From: a virus | Length of the DNA: 64,000 bases | Virus record (IMG/VR): IMGVR_UViG_3300006226_001721 | Span: 10,314-74,313 of that record | Strand: one strand, 5' to 3' | Shown: positions 39,949 to 50,533 of the stretch, piece after piece | Layout of the letters: each line of letters starts with the position of its first letter | Numbering within the stretch: the first letter of the stretch is position 1 | Position numbers and translations under genes: made by a program | The notes under the pieces: model-generated | What the model was told of the DNA's origin: nothing | Seen by the model: the letters and a program-made list of their open reading frames with translations, nothing else | Databases searched by the model: none

Positions 39949-42102
39949 ATGATGGAAAGACTACGTGAAAGTTACACATTTGAATTCAATCAATATACTC
40001 GTCTAACAGAACAACAAGTCCAAAATTTGAACATTAAACCTCGTCTCACTGAAAATCAGCTTACACTTAATGAAGTACTCTCTGCTGCTAAGCAAATAAG
40101 ATCAACATTACAAGAAAAAGATCAACAAATGTTAGATCAGATATTAGCGCAACTTAGAGAAAAAGGCTTTGAGAACTCATTTAAGGTGTGGAAATTACCT
40201 ATTGGAAAGTATGGTAATCTAAATGGTAATAAGCGAGTCTATCCTCGCAAATTGTGGGAGAACGTAAGGGACAGACAACATTCTACATGGAAGGGCTTCT
40301 GTGGCTTATGTGATCATCCAGTAGCTGATAATGATCCTGGTGAGTTCAAAAATCAAGCCGTTATTTGGCACAATATGGACGTTGGCGATGACAATACTGT
40401 CTATGGTTATTGTTCGTTCGTTGGTCCTTATGGTCATTTAGCCCAGGAAATTTTAGAGCACGGTGGGCGAGTTGGTACATCATCATCTGGATTTGGTGAT
40501 GTTGATCCTGTCACAAAGACAGTAGATCCAGAGACATATGTAATTGAAAGATTAGCAGACTTGGTGTTGAATCCATCTCAGGGAACATTTGGAACAGGCG
40601 ACTGTCCTCATACACCTGCAGAGTTCTTAAACAATGTACATCAAGGAGCAACAATAGAATTTGGTAAGCAGCAAAGCGGAGTAGTTCGTGAAGCGGCTTC
40701 AACAATATTAAGGAGAAAAAGTATGGCAGATCAAATGAAGTATGATGCAGCTGCTCAACCAGGGCAACAGCAACAACAACCTGCCGCTCCAGCACAGGGT
40801 GGCGCACAGCAACCCGCTAATGGGCAGGCAGCAGGTGCGGCACCAGCACAACCACAAGGTGCGCAACAACAAGTACAGGAGAGTATGAAAGTGTCAACAA
40901 CATTAACAAAAGTAGAAGAAAAAGCATTTCGCAAATATGTGCAAACATTCATCGATGATGCTAATAAGTTAGACAATCCTATTCAAAGACTTAATGAATG
41001 CGTTGACATTCTTAATTGCTTTGATGAAGGTAACTGTCCTGACTTACGAGAAGCACTTGAAAAACAGTTGCTTGAAGAAAAGGGCAAGTTAGAACAGCTT
41101 GTAGAAAAAGTCGTATCAACTGAAAAAGACTATGATATGGACATTGGCCAGTTCAGAGAAGCAGCTGAACGAAACACAGCAGCTGGCCTCTTACTCCAAG
41201 AACAGGTAACTGACTATAAAGAACTTTGTGACGGATTAGCAAAACGAAATGTCCAACTTAGAGAAGAAAATGACAAACTCAAAAAGAAGCTCAACATTAA
41301 AGATAAACTTTCTGAGAAACGAATTATGCAGATGAATAAGACTAATGTTGACAAATCATCTGAAGTTGAATCATTGCAAGAACAAGTAGAGACACTAGCT
41401 GAAAAGAACGAACGACTTATCGAAAGAGTTAGCAAATTAGCAATGAGCAACAAAGAGTTTGAGAAAGAAAACGATATGTTAACTAACAAGCTCAAAGAAG
41501 CTGGAAACATAATGAAGGGAGTTAAGCAGCGCGATACTGTTAAGCTTCAAGAATCACAAAAGATAGAAGGCGGCATTGTTCAACTTCAAGAACGCATTCG
41601 AGAATTAGAAGCTATTAACAAAGAGATCGAATTGAATTACGATGCACAGTCTAAACGCTTTGACAAACTTCAAGAAGATTTCGCAGCATACAAGCAAGAA
41701 GTTAACGATACATATAACCCAATAGCTAGAATGCAGCCAAAGTTTGAAGAACGTGTTGGCAAGTATCTCAACTTACGAGAAGGAAAAGGCGCTGAGGTTG
41801 AAGCATATTGGAATGACTTAAGCAAACGATACGGCGAAGTTATCACACCATTTGAACAACAAATCAGAGGGGCTAAGACACTCCGAGAAGCAACTTCTGC
41901 TTTCTTAAAGTACAGAACTTCTATTGATTCAGACTTTGCAGTAGCTCAACCACAAGAACACGCTTATCGCAATCGAGAAGAAAGAGCGCGCTTATATGAA
42001 TATCAAGGCATAGTCAACCCAGTAACGTCATATCAAGAAAGTTCAACAGAACAAAAGAATGAAGAATTCTTGAAGCAGCTACGTGCATCAGGGTTACAAT
42101 AA
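39949..42102 (+). CDS. Prohead core protease (T4 gp21-like) fused to a coiled-coil scaffold
   Basis: NLNGNKRVYP, GLCDHP, VGTSSSGFG, DLVLNPS, then a Q-rich linker and a long coiled coil; SD-supported start at 39949. Confidence 0.85.
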   Translation: MMERLRESYTFEFNQYTRLTEQQVQNLNIKPRLTENQLTLNEVLSAAKQIRSTLQEKDQQMLDQILAQLREKGFENSFKVWKLPIGKYGNLNGNKRVYPRKLWENVRDRQHSTWKGFCGLCDHPVADNDPGEFKNQAVIWHNMDVGDDNTVYGYCSFVGPYGHLAQEILEHGGRVGTSSSGFGDVDPVTKTVDPETYVIERLADLVLNPSQGTFGTGDCPHTPAEFLNNVHQGATIEFGKQQSGVVREAASTILRRKSMADQMKYDAAAQPGQQQQQPAAPAQGGAQQPANGQAAGAAPAQPQGAQQQVQESMKVSTTLTKVEEKAFRKYVQTFIDDANKLDNPIQRLNECVDILNCFDEGNCPDLREALEKQLLEEKGKLEQLVEKVVSTEKDYDMDIGQFREAAERNTAAGLLLQEQVTDYKELCDGLAKRNVQLREENDKLKKKLNIKDKLSEKRIMQMNKTNVDKSSEVESLQEQVETLAEKNERLIERVSKLAMSNKEFEKENDMLTNKLKEAGNIMKGVKQRDTVKLQESQKIEGGIVQLQERIRELEAINKEIELNYDAQSKRFDKLQEDFAAYKQEVNDTYNPIARMQPKFEERVGKYLNLREGKGAEVEAYWNDLSKRYGEVITPFEQQIRGAKTLREATSAFLKYRTSIDSDFAVAQPQEHAYRNREERARLYEYQGIVNPVTSYQESSTEQKNEEFLKQLRASGLQ

Positions 42103-42115
42103 TAAGGAGCATAAG

Positions 42116-42868
42116 ATGGCAAGATTAAACGAAGCAGCAACAGGCAATATAGACAAACTATATGGACAAATAAGCAAAGCGTCTTCTGCCATTCAGAAAG
42201 CTCAATCTGCTTTAATGGATGCAGCCGACGAAATGGATGCTATTTTAGTAGAAGCAATGGCAATAGGCGGGAAGGTTGCTGAAATAGTTCCTTCTCACGT
42301 TAAGACACATATTGCTAAGCTAACTGAAATAGCAGATGGACAATTAGGACCTATCATAGAAGGTGACTCACAATCTGCACTTAATAAGTTGCAAGACTTA
42401 ATCGGTAGTATTCCGTATCGAGACATAAGACCACAGAGCGCAGAAGAAAGACGAGGAACTCTATCAATGCAGCCTAATTTAGCAGCTGGACCACAAAGTG
42501 CAGTAGCTAGGGAATCTCTTGAGGATTTCTATAGGAGCATTTTGCAAAAGGACACAAGATCATATAATGATAATTCGCTTAGCTTTGACAAACTACGAGA
42601 GTCAGAGGTGTATGGTCATCAATATGAAACAGATATGATGGACGCAGTCAACATGAGAATGGCAGCTCCATTACAAACTAAACAGATACGAGAACAAGCT
42701 CGAGCTTCTGCTGAAGACGCAATGTTCGAAGATACAGATTTAGAACAACTCACTGAAGGTCGATTAGACTTTAGCAGCATAAAAGCCTTTGGTGGAAATG
42801 ATGGAATGCCAATTAAGTTTGATGCTTTAGGAAGCGGAAGTCATATTGTTGGAGACGGGGTGAAATAA
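42116..42868 (+). CDS. Prohead core/internal protein
   Basis: RLNE|A, KLRE|S, QLTE|G sites; SD-supported start at 42116. Confidence 0.5.
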   Translation: MARLNEAATGNIDKLYGQISKASSAIQKAQSALMDAADEMDAILVEAMAIGGKVAEIVPSHVKTHIAKLTEIADGQLGPIIEGDSQSALNKLQDLIGSIPYRDIRPQSAEERRGTLSMQPNLAAGPQSAVARESLEDFYRSILQKDTRSYNDNSLSFDKLRESEVYGHQYETDMMDAVNMRMAAPLQTKQIREQARASAEDAMFEDTDLEQLTEGRLDFSSIKAFGGNDGMPIKFDALGSGSHIVGDGVK

Positions 42869-43497
42869 TGCCTAAAGAAGGTTTGACCACATATTTACGA
42901 CAAACATATAGCTTATTGAATGCTATTTGGGATGAGAAAAGCAAACCCGCTCGTGAGAAACTAATTAGAACAGCAATGAATAAAGTTGGCTATGCACTTG
43001 AAATAGCAGAAAAAGGAGAACCTATGAATGAATCAAAGAACTCTACATATGAAGCTATGTATGAGAAAATCAGGCCGGCAATGAATACTAAATTGTCTTT
43101 TAAAGAATACAAAAAATCAGCCCACCCTAGAACATTTAATGAGATGTTTGGTGAAGGCGGAGACCGCTTAGCTGAGAATAAGACATATGAACAAATCTAT
43201 CGACAGCGCAAACTTAAAGAAGGTATATATGGACCAAGCGGTAACAATATTGGTTCATATGAAGATCTTTCTCAATATGATACTATAGTCAGATGCGCTC
43301 AAGAAATGATTTCTTGTGGTTGTGAAGAAGACAAAGTACGATACGTATTAGATGCTTTTGGATTAGACGACTCAGAACTAGAAGACATATTGGCTAAAGC
43401 TAATAACAAGTATAGATGGGATGATGATGTTGAAGATGATGATTTTGAAACTGAATGGGATGATGCTTATAGTAAAGACTTTACTCCAGATAATTAA
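42868..43497 (+). CDS. Prohead core/internal protein
   Basis: MNE|S, KLKE|G sites, acidic tail. Confidence 0.5.
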   Translation: MPKEGLTTYLRQTYSLLNAIWDEKSKPAREKLIRTAMNKVGYALEIAEKGEPMNESKNSTYEAMYEKIRPAMNTKLSFKEYKKSAHPRTFNEMFGEGGDRLAENKTYEQIYRQRKLKEGIYGPSGNNIGSYEDLSQYDTIVRCAQEMISCGCEEDKVRYVLDAFGLDDSELEDILAKANNKYRWDDDVEDDDFETEWDDAYSKDFTPDN

Positions 43498-43502
43498 ACA
43501 AC

Positions 43503-43527
43503 AAGGCCGCTATTTAAGCGGCCTTTT
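43503..43527 (+). terminator. Intrinsic terminator between convergent genes
   Basis: AAGGCCGC-TATTTAA-GCGGCCTT-TT. Confidence 0.8.
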
Positions 43528-43530
43528 CTA

Positions 43531-44010
43531 TTAGAGGTACTCTCCAGCAGAGTCAACTGATACCATAATTGCTGGGTCTGTTAAAATAAGTTTGGTGCCC
43601 TTATCTTGTGCGACTATGCGAATATGCCACTCTCTTCTAGCGATAATAGCTTTTACTTCACAGTCTATAATAGTAATATCTGGCCATTTAGCAGCGGTCT
43701 CTTCATAAATGATCGCTTTTACTGATTCTTCATTCTCTACACTAAATGTTACTCTATCATTTAGAGCCATATCAAATAGGCCGCCGAATAATGGGGCTCT
43801 TACATAATCGTATCGTCTAGATTGTAGCCATAGTCTATATGCATTTAAGATAGCATAATCACTATACAATATCATAGAGCGCGTCTTTGTTGTCCAAGGA
43901 TCATCTTCTGGTCGTTTTATGTCATAATCTATATCAACATAATTGATAGCATTATTGAGATTGTTGTTAAGTCTCTTTATGTTCTTCGCTAGTAGGCTCT
44001 TGATCGCCAT
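43531..44010 (-). CDS. Baseplate wedge protein, gp25-like
   Basis: AILNAYRLWLQS...DYVRAPLFGG...KWPDITI pattern and size, next to tail genes. Confidence 0.5.
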   Translation of the reverse strand: MAIKSLLAKNIKRLNNNLNNAINYVDIDYDIKRPEDDPWTTKTRSMILYSDYAILNAYRLWLQSRRYDYVRAPLFGGLFDMALNDRVTFSVENEESVKAIIYEETAAKWPDITIIDCEVKAIIARREWHIRIVAQDKGTKLILTDPAIMVSVDSAGEYL

Positions 44011-44185
44011 TGTTTCTCCTTATTTGATTCCAAGACTCTGATCTATTTAGACACGCTGATCTAAATATGATTCTGTAACATTCTTTAGCATTTGTAGCTG
44101 GACATTCTCCACACATTGGCTTATCAAAAGGTGCATCCTTTTGCATTGCTATAGCTTGTTTCACTTTGAGTTCTATATCTGCCAT
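43967..44185 (-). CDS. Small Cys-rich hypothetical protein
   Basis: CGEC...C...C; starts just after the upstream stop. Confidence 0.35.
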   Translation of the reverse strand: MADIELKVKQAIAMQKDAPFDKPMCGECPATNAKECYRIIFRSACLNRSESWNQIRRNNGDQEPTSEEHKET

Positions 44186-44190
44186 TAGGC

Positions 44191-44595
44191 CTATTCCTCA
44201 AGTTCTAACTCCGATGCAGCGTCACTTGCTCGTGCACTAGCTGTTGAGACCTGTCCAGTTGTTCTAGCTCTAACTGATGTATCTACTCGTGTTACAGTAC
44301 CACTTATTTGTATCGTACCACTTATAGTATCACTTAGTATGTCCATTATCATACCAACTTTCCCGCCATTTATGATATGAACTTCTGATGTACTTTCATT
44401 ACGAATTGTTAGTCTAGCCCCTATTCCTGTTCGTATGACTGAATCAGAACGCAGTCTTTGGTCTCTTGTTATAGATTCCCATTTGTTGATAGTAACTTCT
44501 TGATCAACTCTTCCAGTTACTTCTGTGACGACATATTGTGCCCACGAAATAGATGCTATCATGATCATTGCTATTGCTAATATTGTCCTTTTCAT
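44191..44595 (-). CDS. Secreted beta-rich protein with signal peptide
   Basis: MKRTILAIAMIMIASISWA signal; ends STASARASDAASELELEE. Confidence 0.6.
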   Translation of the reverse strand: MKRTILAIAMIMIASISWAQYVVTEVTGRVDQEVTINKWESITRDQRLRSDSVIRTGIGARLTIRNESTSEVHIINGGKVGMIMDILSDTISGTIQISGTVTRVDTSVRARTTGQVSTASARASDAASELELEE

Positions 44596-44607
44596 TATCT
44601 CCTCCTT

Positions 44608-45465
44608 TTATCCTATAGCACCTTCAGATGCTTGATAACTCGTTGCTGCTCTAGTAATACGAAGTTTTTCTAATAATGAAGTACCGTCTCTTTCTAAAGC
44701 ATCCTGAATGAATCCTTCTGGATTCCAAGTTAGTATTGTATCTTTATCTCTATCTAATGATTGAACACCTTGTTCAGCGGTTCCCCAGATTGATGCACTT
44801 TGGCCTAAGCCTATTTCATCACTGTATGCCCACTGTACTCTACCGCATTTGTAACGAACACTTAATGCTTGATCATTTTGATCTGAGTTATAGTCAAATG
44901 TCATATCTGGCAAATCTAATGGAATAAGTCCACCAATATGAAATGCCATTATTGGTTGTACTGTTGGTGTTTCTATCAAATATTGTTTTTCTTCTCTAGA
45001 ATTTACATAATGATAGGCTATTACTAATAATTTTCTAAATTTACCTTGAACACCACATCTTAATACATCATATTGTCTATTGTACCATCTAGCATACCAG
45101 TCTAAATGATACTTTTGAACTGAATGATAAACGTCTTCAACCCATTCAATATTTACTTCTTGTGTAAAATTAGCATTCTTAAAGATAGGTGCTCTTAATA
45201 CATTATTTTGATCGATTTCCATTTTAGGCATTGGTATTGTGATTTTACGAATACGATAAGCTGCATTATAGAAAGCTTTTTCTTGTGCTGTACCTTCTGA
45301 TGCTTCGCAGAAATAACCAGCCCAGAATAAGTTTTGAGACTGTGGTTCTAAATCATAGAGATAGTCTATTGCATCTGATTGAAAGCGATCTAAAACATCT
45401 TTAAATTGTGATAAATCTATTTGTCCAGACCTATTTGAACTTTCTCTAAATTCTTCTAATGCCAT
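44608..45465 (-). CDS. Tail tube-like/baseplate hub protein
   Basis: RIRKITIP...EWVED block shared with the two upstream ORFs. Confidence 0.4.
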   Translation of the reverse strand: MALEEFRESSNRSGQIDLSQFKDVLDRFQSDAIDYLYDLEPQSQNLFWAGYFCEASEGTAQEKAFYNAAYRIRKITIPMPKMEIDQNNVLRAPIFKNANFTQEVNIEWVEDVYHSVQKYHLDWYARWYNRQYDVLRCGVQGKFRKLLVIAYHYVNSREEKQYLIETPTVQPIMAFHIGGLIPLDLPDMTFDYNSDQNDQALSVRYKCGRVQWAYSDEIGLGQSASIWGTAEQGVQSLDRDKDTILTWNPEGFIQDALERDGTSLLEKLRITRAATSYQASEGAIG

Positions 45466-45470
45466 AATAA

Positions 45471-47882
45471 TTAGTTAGATTGTCCATAGTACCATTCTTG
45501 ATATGATTGTCCTGCAAATGAACGACTTAATATAGTTTCATCCATATTACGTAATTCAAAAGAATCTTTTAACTCATTTCCATCAAATAGTGCAGTTTGA
45601 TTTATTCCATGTCTAAATTGTCTATCTATTTTGATGCATCGTTTGAAAAGAAAAGGAAATGACATTTCTTGAATAGTACTGTCTTCTCTACCAAATGTTA
45701 GACCTTCTGATTGACCTAAGAATGTAACATCTTCAAACCACCATAATGGTAACTCTTTAGATTGTAATCCAGCAAAACTTTTTACTAATTCGTTGGATGA
45801 AAAATACCAAGGATTATTTGCTCTATATTTTAAGTATTCTACATCAGTATTGTTCATTAATTGTTGATGTTTAATAATGATGTCTAATCTAATTTGTTTT
45901 GAAATAACACTCTCTCTAACTATATTATTTGCAGTTAACGGAGCAAATCCTATAGGATATCTATTATTAGTTGACAAATTATTAAAGATTACTTTATTGT
46001 TATTAGATAATAAATTAAATACACTCATAAAGAAAAGAGGTTCATCTAATAGTACTTTAAGTTCAGCTTTACGCTCATATTTGACTTTAGAACGAACTTT
46101 CTTAACTGTTTCATACCCAACTTTTAGTTCAAATGTATCAGATTCCATTTGTGGAACTGTAATTGCAGCCGTTCGTACCATAAAGATATTACCTGTACCA
46201 ACCACATTATTAGTTCCACTTTCTTGATGACGAAGACCTTGTAACATGCTACTTTCATATAGTTCATCAAAGAAATTAGAAAAAGCACCTTTATTGTCTT
46301 CTCTAGAACAAACTAACATGACATCAAACATGTGTTTCATAAAATCTGGACCAGAGTTCAATATAGCCTCTGCTGCAGCTGAACGTCTATTTGTCAATTT
46401 AGCTAAAAGATTATCCTCTGCGCTATTATCTGGATTAGTTGGTTCTGGTTCTAATTCTAATAAGTTGCGTCTATAATCTGCTATGACTGGAAATTGTGTT
46501 ACTAATGGTAATTGTTCATTGTGTTCTATATATGGTTCATCTGGATAAGCTTGTTCTATTGTTTCAATAGAGGGAATATTGAATGGCTCTCGTTGAGCAT
46601 CCAAACCCCAGTTATGACTTTCGTTTTCTGTAACTATTGAAGTTTCATAAGCTTCACGTAATGAATTGATTGCCAATAATAATGAAGGATGTTCTTGAAC
46701 TAATCGTGTATTAACTCTAACAGATTTTCCAGTAATGGGACTATATTCTGTAACATATTTGCCTAGAGGATATATTGGCAAAATTGTTCGTATTGGTTCC
46801 ATTTCAGGACTTTCAAATGGAAATCTACGATTAAGATATGGTCCTCCAGGGCCGATACTAAAACTTTGTCTAGTATCTCTAATATTAGGAGTTCGTCTTA
46901 CTCTTCTGTCTACTTGTTCAAATCTTTTATTTAGGCCTTGAGCAAAATTTTCACCCTCTGCCATATCACCGTCTTTCCAGTCATCCCAACCACTTGTAAG
47001 TTCTTTTCTTAAGTTTGCACCAACTGCTTTTGTTTTAGCAAATGGATCCATTAAGTCAAACTTTTCATTGGGATCATCTGGGCCCATAGCCCATGGAAAA
47101 AGTCCAGTAAATGTTGCATCGTGTTTCCATCTGTATTGTGCTAGTGCTCCTTCACCTGTTATAGTTGCTGTTATCCAGTTTGGAAAAGGCCGTAATCCCC
47201 AATAACTTTCTAATTGTTCATCCCAAAAATCTAATATCTCAGTTGCTGCTTCTTTAAGCTTATCTTCCTCTTCTTCTAATTTCTTCTTATTTGATTTGAA
47301 TAAGTCTTTAGCATTATCACTAAAAAGCTTAGCTATTGTTTCTCTAATTGCAGCGCCTTTTTCATTGGGCGCCAATCCAGATGGCAAACGATCTCCACCA
47401 CCAACTAGATATGGATCATAAAAGCTATCTGCTTGATAAGCTGTCGTATAAGTACTACCTGGTTTCCAAATTTCTTTAGCTGCGTCTGCTAATCCTCCAC
47501 CAATACCTCTTCCAAATACACTTCCCCAATCTGCAATTTCTCTACCAACTGGAACTAAAATTTTATTCCATGTCCATGACCAAATTGAATTTGTATTAAC
47601 TTCTGGTTTTAGAATTTTTATTTCATTATTTATTGTATTATTTACTGGCAGAAGTTTAATAAATAAATTTTCTGGTGATGATGGAATTGTTGGCTGAACT
47701 TGAGTAAAGTCAATTTCCTGAAAAATGGATAACTCAGATGGATCAAAAATATTAATAATTGAATCTGATAATTCTTCGTGATTATAGATAATAACTGGAT
47801 TAAGACTAATATCAGATGATGGCTGTCCGCCAGCCATTATTGGAATAGGAAGAACATTAATCATTAGCTTCTCCTTTTCCAA
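45471..47882 (-). CDS. Large structural protein with a C-terminal tail tube-like domain
   Basis: GPDFMKHMFD...VRTAAITVP...LLDEPL...WFEDVTFLG, paralogous to 47864..49759. Confidence 0.45.
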   Translation of the reverse strand: MEKEKLMINVLPIPIMAGGQPSSDISLNPVIIYNHEELSDSIINIFDPSELSIFQEIDFTQVQPTIPSSPENLFIKLLPVNNTINNEIKILKPEVNTNSIWSWTWNKILVPVGREIADWGSVFGRGIGGGLADAAKEIWKPGSTYTTAYQADSFYDPYLVGGGDRLPSGLAPNEKGAAIRETIAKLFSDNAKDLFKSNKKKLEEEEDKLKEAATEILDFWDEQLESYWGLRPFPNWITATITGEGALAQYRWKHDATFTGLFPWAMGPDDPNEKFDLMDPFAKTKAVGANLRKELTSGWDDWKDGDMAEGENFAQGLNKRFEQVDRRVRRTPNIRDTRQSFSIGPGGPYLNRRFPFESPEMEPIRTILPIYPLGKYVTEYSPITGKSVRVNTRLVQEHPSLLLAINSLREAYETSIVTENESHNWGLDAQREPFNIPSIETIEQAYPDEPYIEHNEQLPLVTQFPVIADYRRNLLELEPEPTNPDNSAEDNLLAKLTNRRSAAAEAILNSGPDFMKHMFDVMLVCSREDNKGAFSNFFDELYESSMLQGLRHQESGTNNVVGTGNIFMVRTAAITVPQMESDTFELKVGYETVKKVRSKVKYERKAELKVLLDEPLFFMSVFNLLSNNNKVIFNNLSTNNRYPIGFAPLTANNIVRESVISKQIRLDIIIKHQQLMNNTDVEYLKYRANNPWYFSSNELVKSFAGLQSKELPLWWFEDVTFLGQSEGLTFGREDSTIQEMSFPFLFKRCIKIDRQFRHGINQTALFDGNELKDSFELRNMDETILSRSFAGQSYQEWYYGQSN

Positions 47883-49759
47883 TCAAATAGTTCAGCAATA
47901 GCTGGAATTTGTGGAATGCCCCATTGTCTTCCTCGTGGGCTATCAAACATACTAAAATCTCTATTACCTTTTCTTACAGTATTAGTTGTTAGTTCAAACT
48001 CAGATACTTCATATGGTTCATAATTAGGCGGCCCACTTAATTCTTGAGTTAGTTGATGACATCGTTTGAAGATAAAGTTAACAGTTATCTCTTGAGTACT
48101 TTCTCCTTCTCGTTCATAAGTTAACTTATCAGAAAGTCCTAATATGCGAACATTTTCAAAAATAAAATAAGGTAAAGCTCTTTGCTGATAATTAGGATTA
48201 ATCCAGTTAGATAAATGAACCATTTTAATGACAAGACAAAATTCAGAATCTTTTACATTATAGTTCATACCTTTACTATGTGTTGGCCAAGATTTAGCTA
48301 CTGTCTTTAATACATGGCGCCATTCTAATGATGTATTATTTGCCTGCACTGCTTTCATATAAGGATGATAATCTTCATGAGTTGGAAATGTTTCATCAAT
48401 ACCGTTCTTATGTCCTGCTAATTCATTGATTTTATCAAGCCATATTAAATTTTGGTCTAACCGTAATGTAAATGATGTTTGATTGTTGATTGTTTTTGTT
48501 GATTTCGGTTTTCTAATTTCTGTTTCTAAAAAAGGAATCGAATAATCATCATTAATGATATTAGGAACAGTAATTTGTCCTATGCGAACAGCAAATCCTC
48601 TACGACTAAGAATATATTTCTCATAGGCTGTTATCCAGTCTGATTCTGTATCTGCACTTGAAAGAAGTTCTTCAAATGATTTAGGATCATTATCAATATA
48701 ATTCCACATAAAAAAGGCATCAAATTTATGTTTCATAAAATCTGGTCCAATAGCTTGCATTAAAGCCCACGGACTCCCTGTTGGAACATCTCCATCAAAT
48801 CCCATAGAAGCAGCTTGTCTAGTAGAATGATCTAATGGATGTGGGAAAACACTATCACTAAAGCTTGTTCCTTTACCAACTATCGGATTTAACGATTGAT
48901 CTCCTCTTCCATTATCATAAGGTTTCCATTTGTGTCCAACTGGTTTCTTATTATGAAATGGAGTATCTGGATTACCAGAAGCTGCATCATATATTTCAGT
49001 ATTAAAGTCATTTATGTACATAAGCATCGAATCTTCAATGCCTGGCCATACTGGCCAATAAACAAATTCGTCATCATCATTCAGTTTGACTGGTTGATAA
49101 TAGTATCCATTTACTTTATATAAGTGTTCTACGTCTGAAAGAGAGACCTTTTGACCATTTTGATACTTCGCTAAAAACTTTTCTAATGGTTCATTTTCTG
49201 GTGGTTGTTTTGTAAATAAATTACGTAATCGTTTTGCATTGTCTGCGCTGTCAAAAAAGTCGCCTATAATATTGTCTACAACATTCATAGCCATATCTTT
49301 CATTTTATCCCCAGCTTCTTTTAGACCATCAGTAAATGCATCCCACTCTGACTTTGCTCCACCATCTGCAAATAGACCAGTGACATATATTGGTTGATCA
49401 AATGCTAAGTTATCTCGATTCCATATCTCAAGCTTTTCGTTTCTAGGTCTGTTCATACTGAGGATATTGATAGCCCTCTTACGTTGAACTGGCCTTTGAC
49501 CTGAGAACTTTTTGACTATCTTCTTAATACCCCAAATTTCTTCTTCTTCGACTATTACTGGATCTTCATTAACGTCTAAGGCATTAAGATATGTGAGTTC
49601 GCTATTAGTTGGACTAATTGGTATTTGATCTGTACTAATGTTTATGCCTTCAAATAGTTCAGAACTAGGAATATCGTAGAGAACAACAAATGGCTCATTA
49701 GATTCTATTTGAGGGAATGCATAGGACTGTACTAATTGATCTTGAGATACGATAGCCAT
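47864..49759 (-). CDS. Large structural protein with a C-terminal tail tube-like domain
   Basis: GPDFMKHKFD...VRIGQITVP...RLDQNL...IFENVRILG. Confidence 0.45.
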   Translation of the reverse strand: MAIVSQDQLVQSYAFPQIESNEPFVVLYDIPSSELFEGINISTDQIPISPTNSELTYLNALDVNEDPVIVEEEEIWGIKKIVKKFSGQRPVQRKRAINILSMNRPRNEKLEIWNRDNLAFDQPIYVTGLFADGGAKSEWDAFTDGLKEAGDKMKDMAMNVVDNIIGDFFDSADNAKRLRNLFTKQPPENEPLEKFLAKYQNGQKVSLSDVEHLYKVNGYYYQPVKLNDDDEFVYWPVWPGIEDSMLMYINDFNTEIYDAASGNPDTPFHNKKPVGHKWKPYDNGRGDQSLNPIVGKGTSFSDSVFPHPLDHSTRQAASMGFDGDVPTGSPWALMQAIGPDFMKHKFDAFFMWNYIDNDPKSFEELLSSADTESDWITAYEKYILSRRGFAVRIGQITVPNIINDDYSIPFLETEIRKPKSTKTINNQTSFTLRLDQNLIWLDKINELAGHKNGIDETFPTHEDYHPYMKAVQANNTSLEWRHVLKTVAKSWPTHSKGMNYNVKDSEFCLVIKMVHLSNWINPNYQQRALPYFIFENVRILGLSDKLTYEREGESTQEITVNFIFKRCHQLTQELSGPPNYEPYEVSEFELTTNTVRKGNRDFSMFDSPRGRQWGIPQIPAIAELFDWKRRS

Positions 49760-49780
49760 AATAATTAGTTTGGGAACTAA

Positions 49781-50533
49781 TTAGGCGGAAAGTCTGTTCT
49801 GTAATTCCAATTCAAAAAGGTGCAATAGATCGTATTCTTTCTTGTTAGGTGTGATATATCGCAGGAACATTGGTCTGACATGTTTGTTTTTGCTCTTTCG
49901 TAATAGAATGAAGATATAGAACATCAACTTAAAGCGCAACGTTTCATCATCAACTTCTTTATTGAATTCTTTAATGATAGAGCCAACTACTTCTTTAAGT
50001 TCGACTCTGTCTATAAAGTCTCCGGGATTATCAGCTATGTTGTTATAGATAGATTCAAATCCAATACGCTTTTGCATATCTTCTAATTCGAGATTAGTAT
50101 CTCCAACTATATTATGCAACGATATATGACTATCTTCTTTAGAATGTTTGTATAGCGTTTCTAACACCTTCGGATTGATCATACCAGCGAATGACGCGCC
50201 TACATGATAGCCAGGTCGGTATATGTACTGACTCATGAAAGCGAGGGCTGTTTGAGTGGCATCATCATCAACTTCATCTGGATCTCGATAGCGATTACTG
50301 CCTTTTATCTTCTTAAGTATCAATGACTTAGAGTATCGTTGAACTAAAGTGAACATATCTGACCAAATACGTTGCTTTTTAGCTTCGTTCTTTTCTTTGT
50401 AAAATGCAGCTTGCTTGAGAAAAAGCTGCTGTTCTATTTCTGGTTTGAGTTCAAATTCTCCATACCATTCTGTTCCATGATCTGATAATACTATTGGTAC
50501 TTTCTTTGCATCATCATACTTAATCGGCTCCAT
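49781..50533 (-). CDS. Probable phage sigma factor (gp55-like, region 2-3)
   Basis: DDATQTALAF...GASFAGMI...ISLHNIVG resembles sigma regions 2-3; no clear region 4. Confidence 0.45.
   Translation of the reverse strand: MEPIKYDDAKKVPIVLSDHGTEWYGEFELKPEIEQQLFLKQAAFYKEKNEAKKQRIWSDMFTLVQRYSKSLILKKIKGSNRYRDPDEVDDDATQTALAFMSQYIYRPGYHVGASFAGMINPKVLETLYKHSKEDSHISLHNIVGDTNLELEDMQKRIGFESIYNNIADNPGDFIDRVELKEVVGSIIKEFNKEVDDETLRFKLMFYIFILLRKSKNKHVRPMFLRYITPNKKEYDLLHLFELELQNRLSA

Noticed and set aside
43967-44185. Missing C-terminal piece of NrdD
   Set aside because: No RxxGY motif
137-48000. Antisense and nested ORFs in the six-frame track (for example 137..328, 1163..1444, 11999..12301, 34362..34736, 40511..40807)
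   Set aside because: They are shadows of well-supported genes on the other strand or frame
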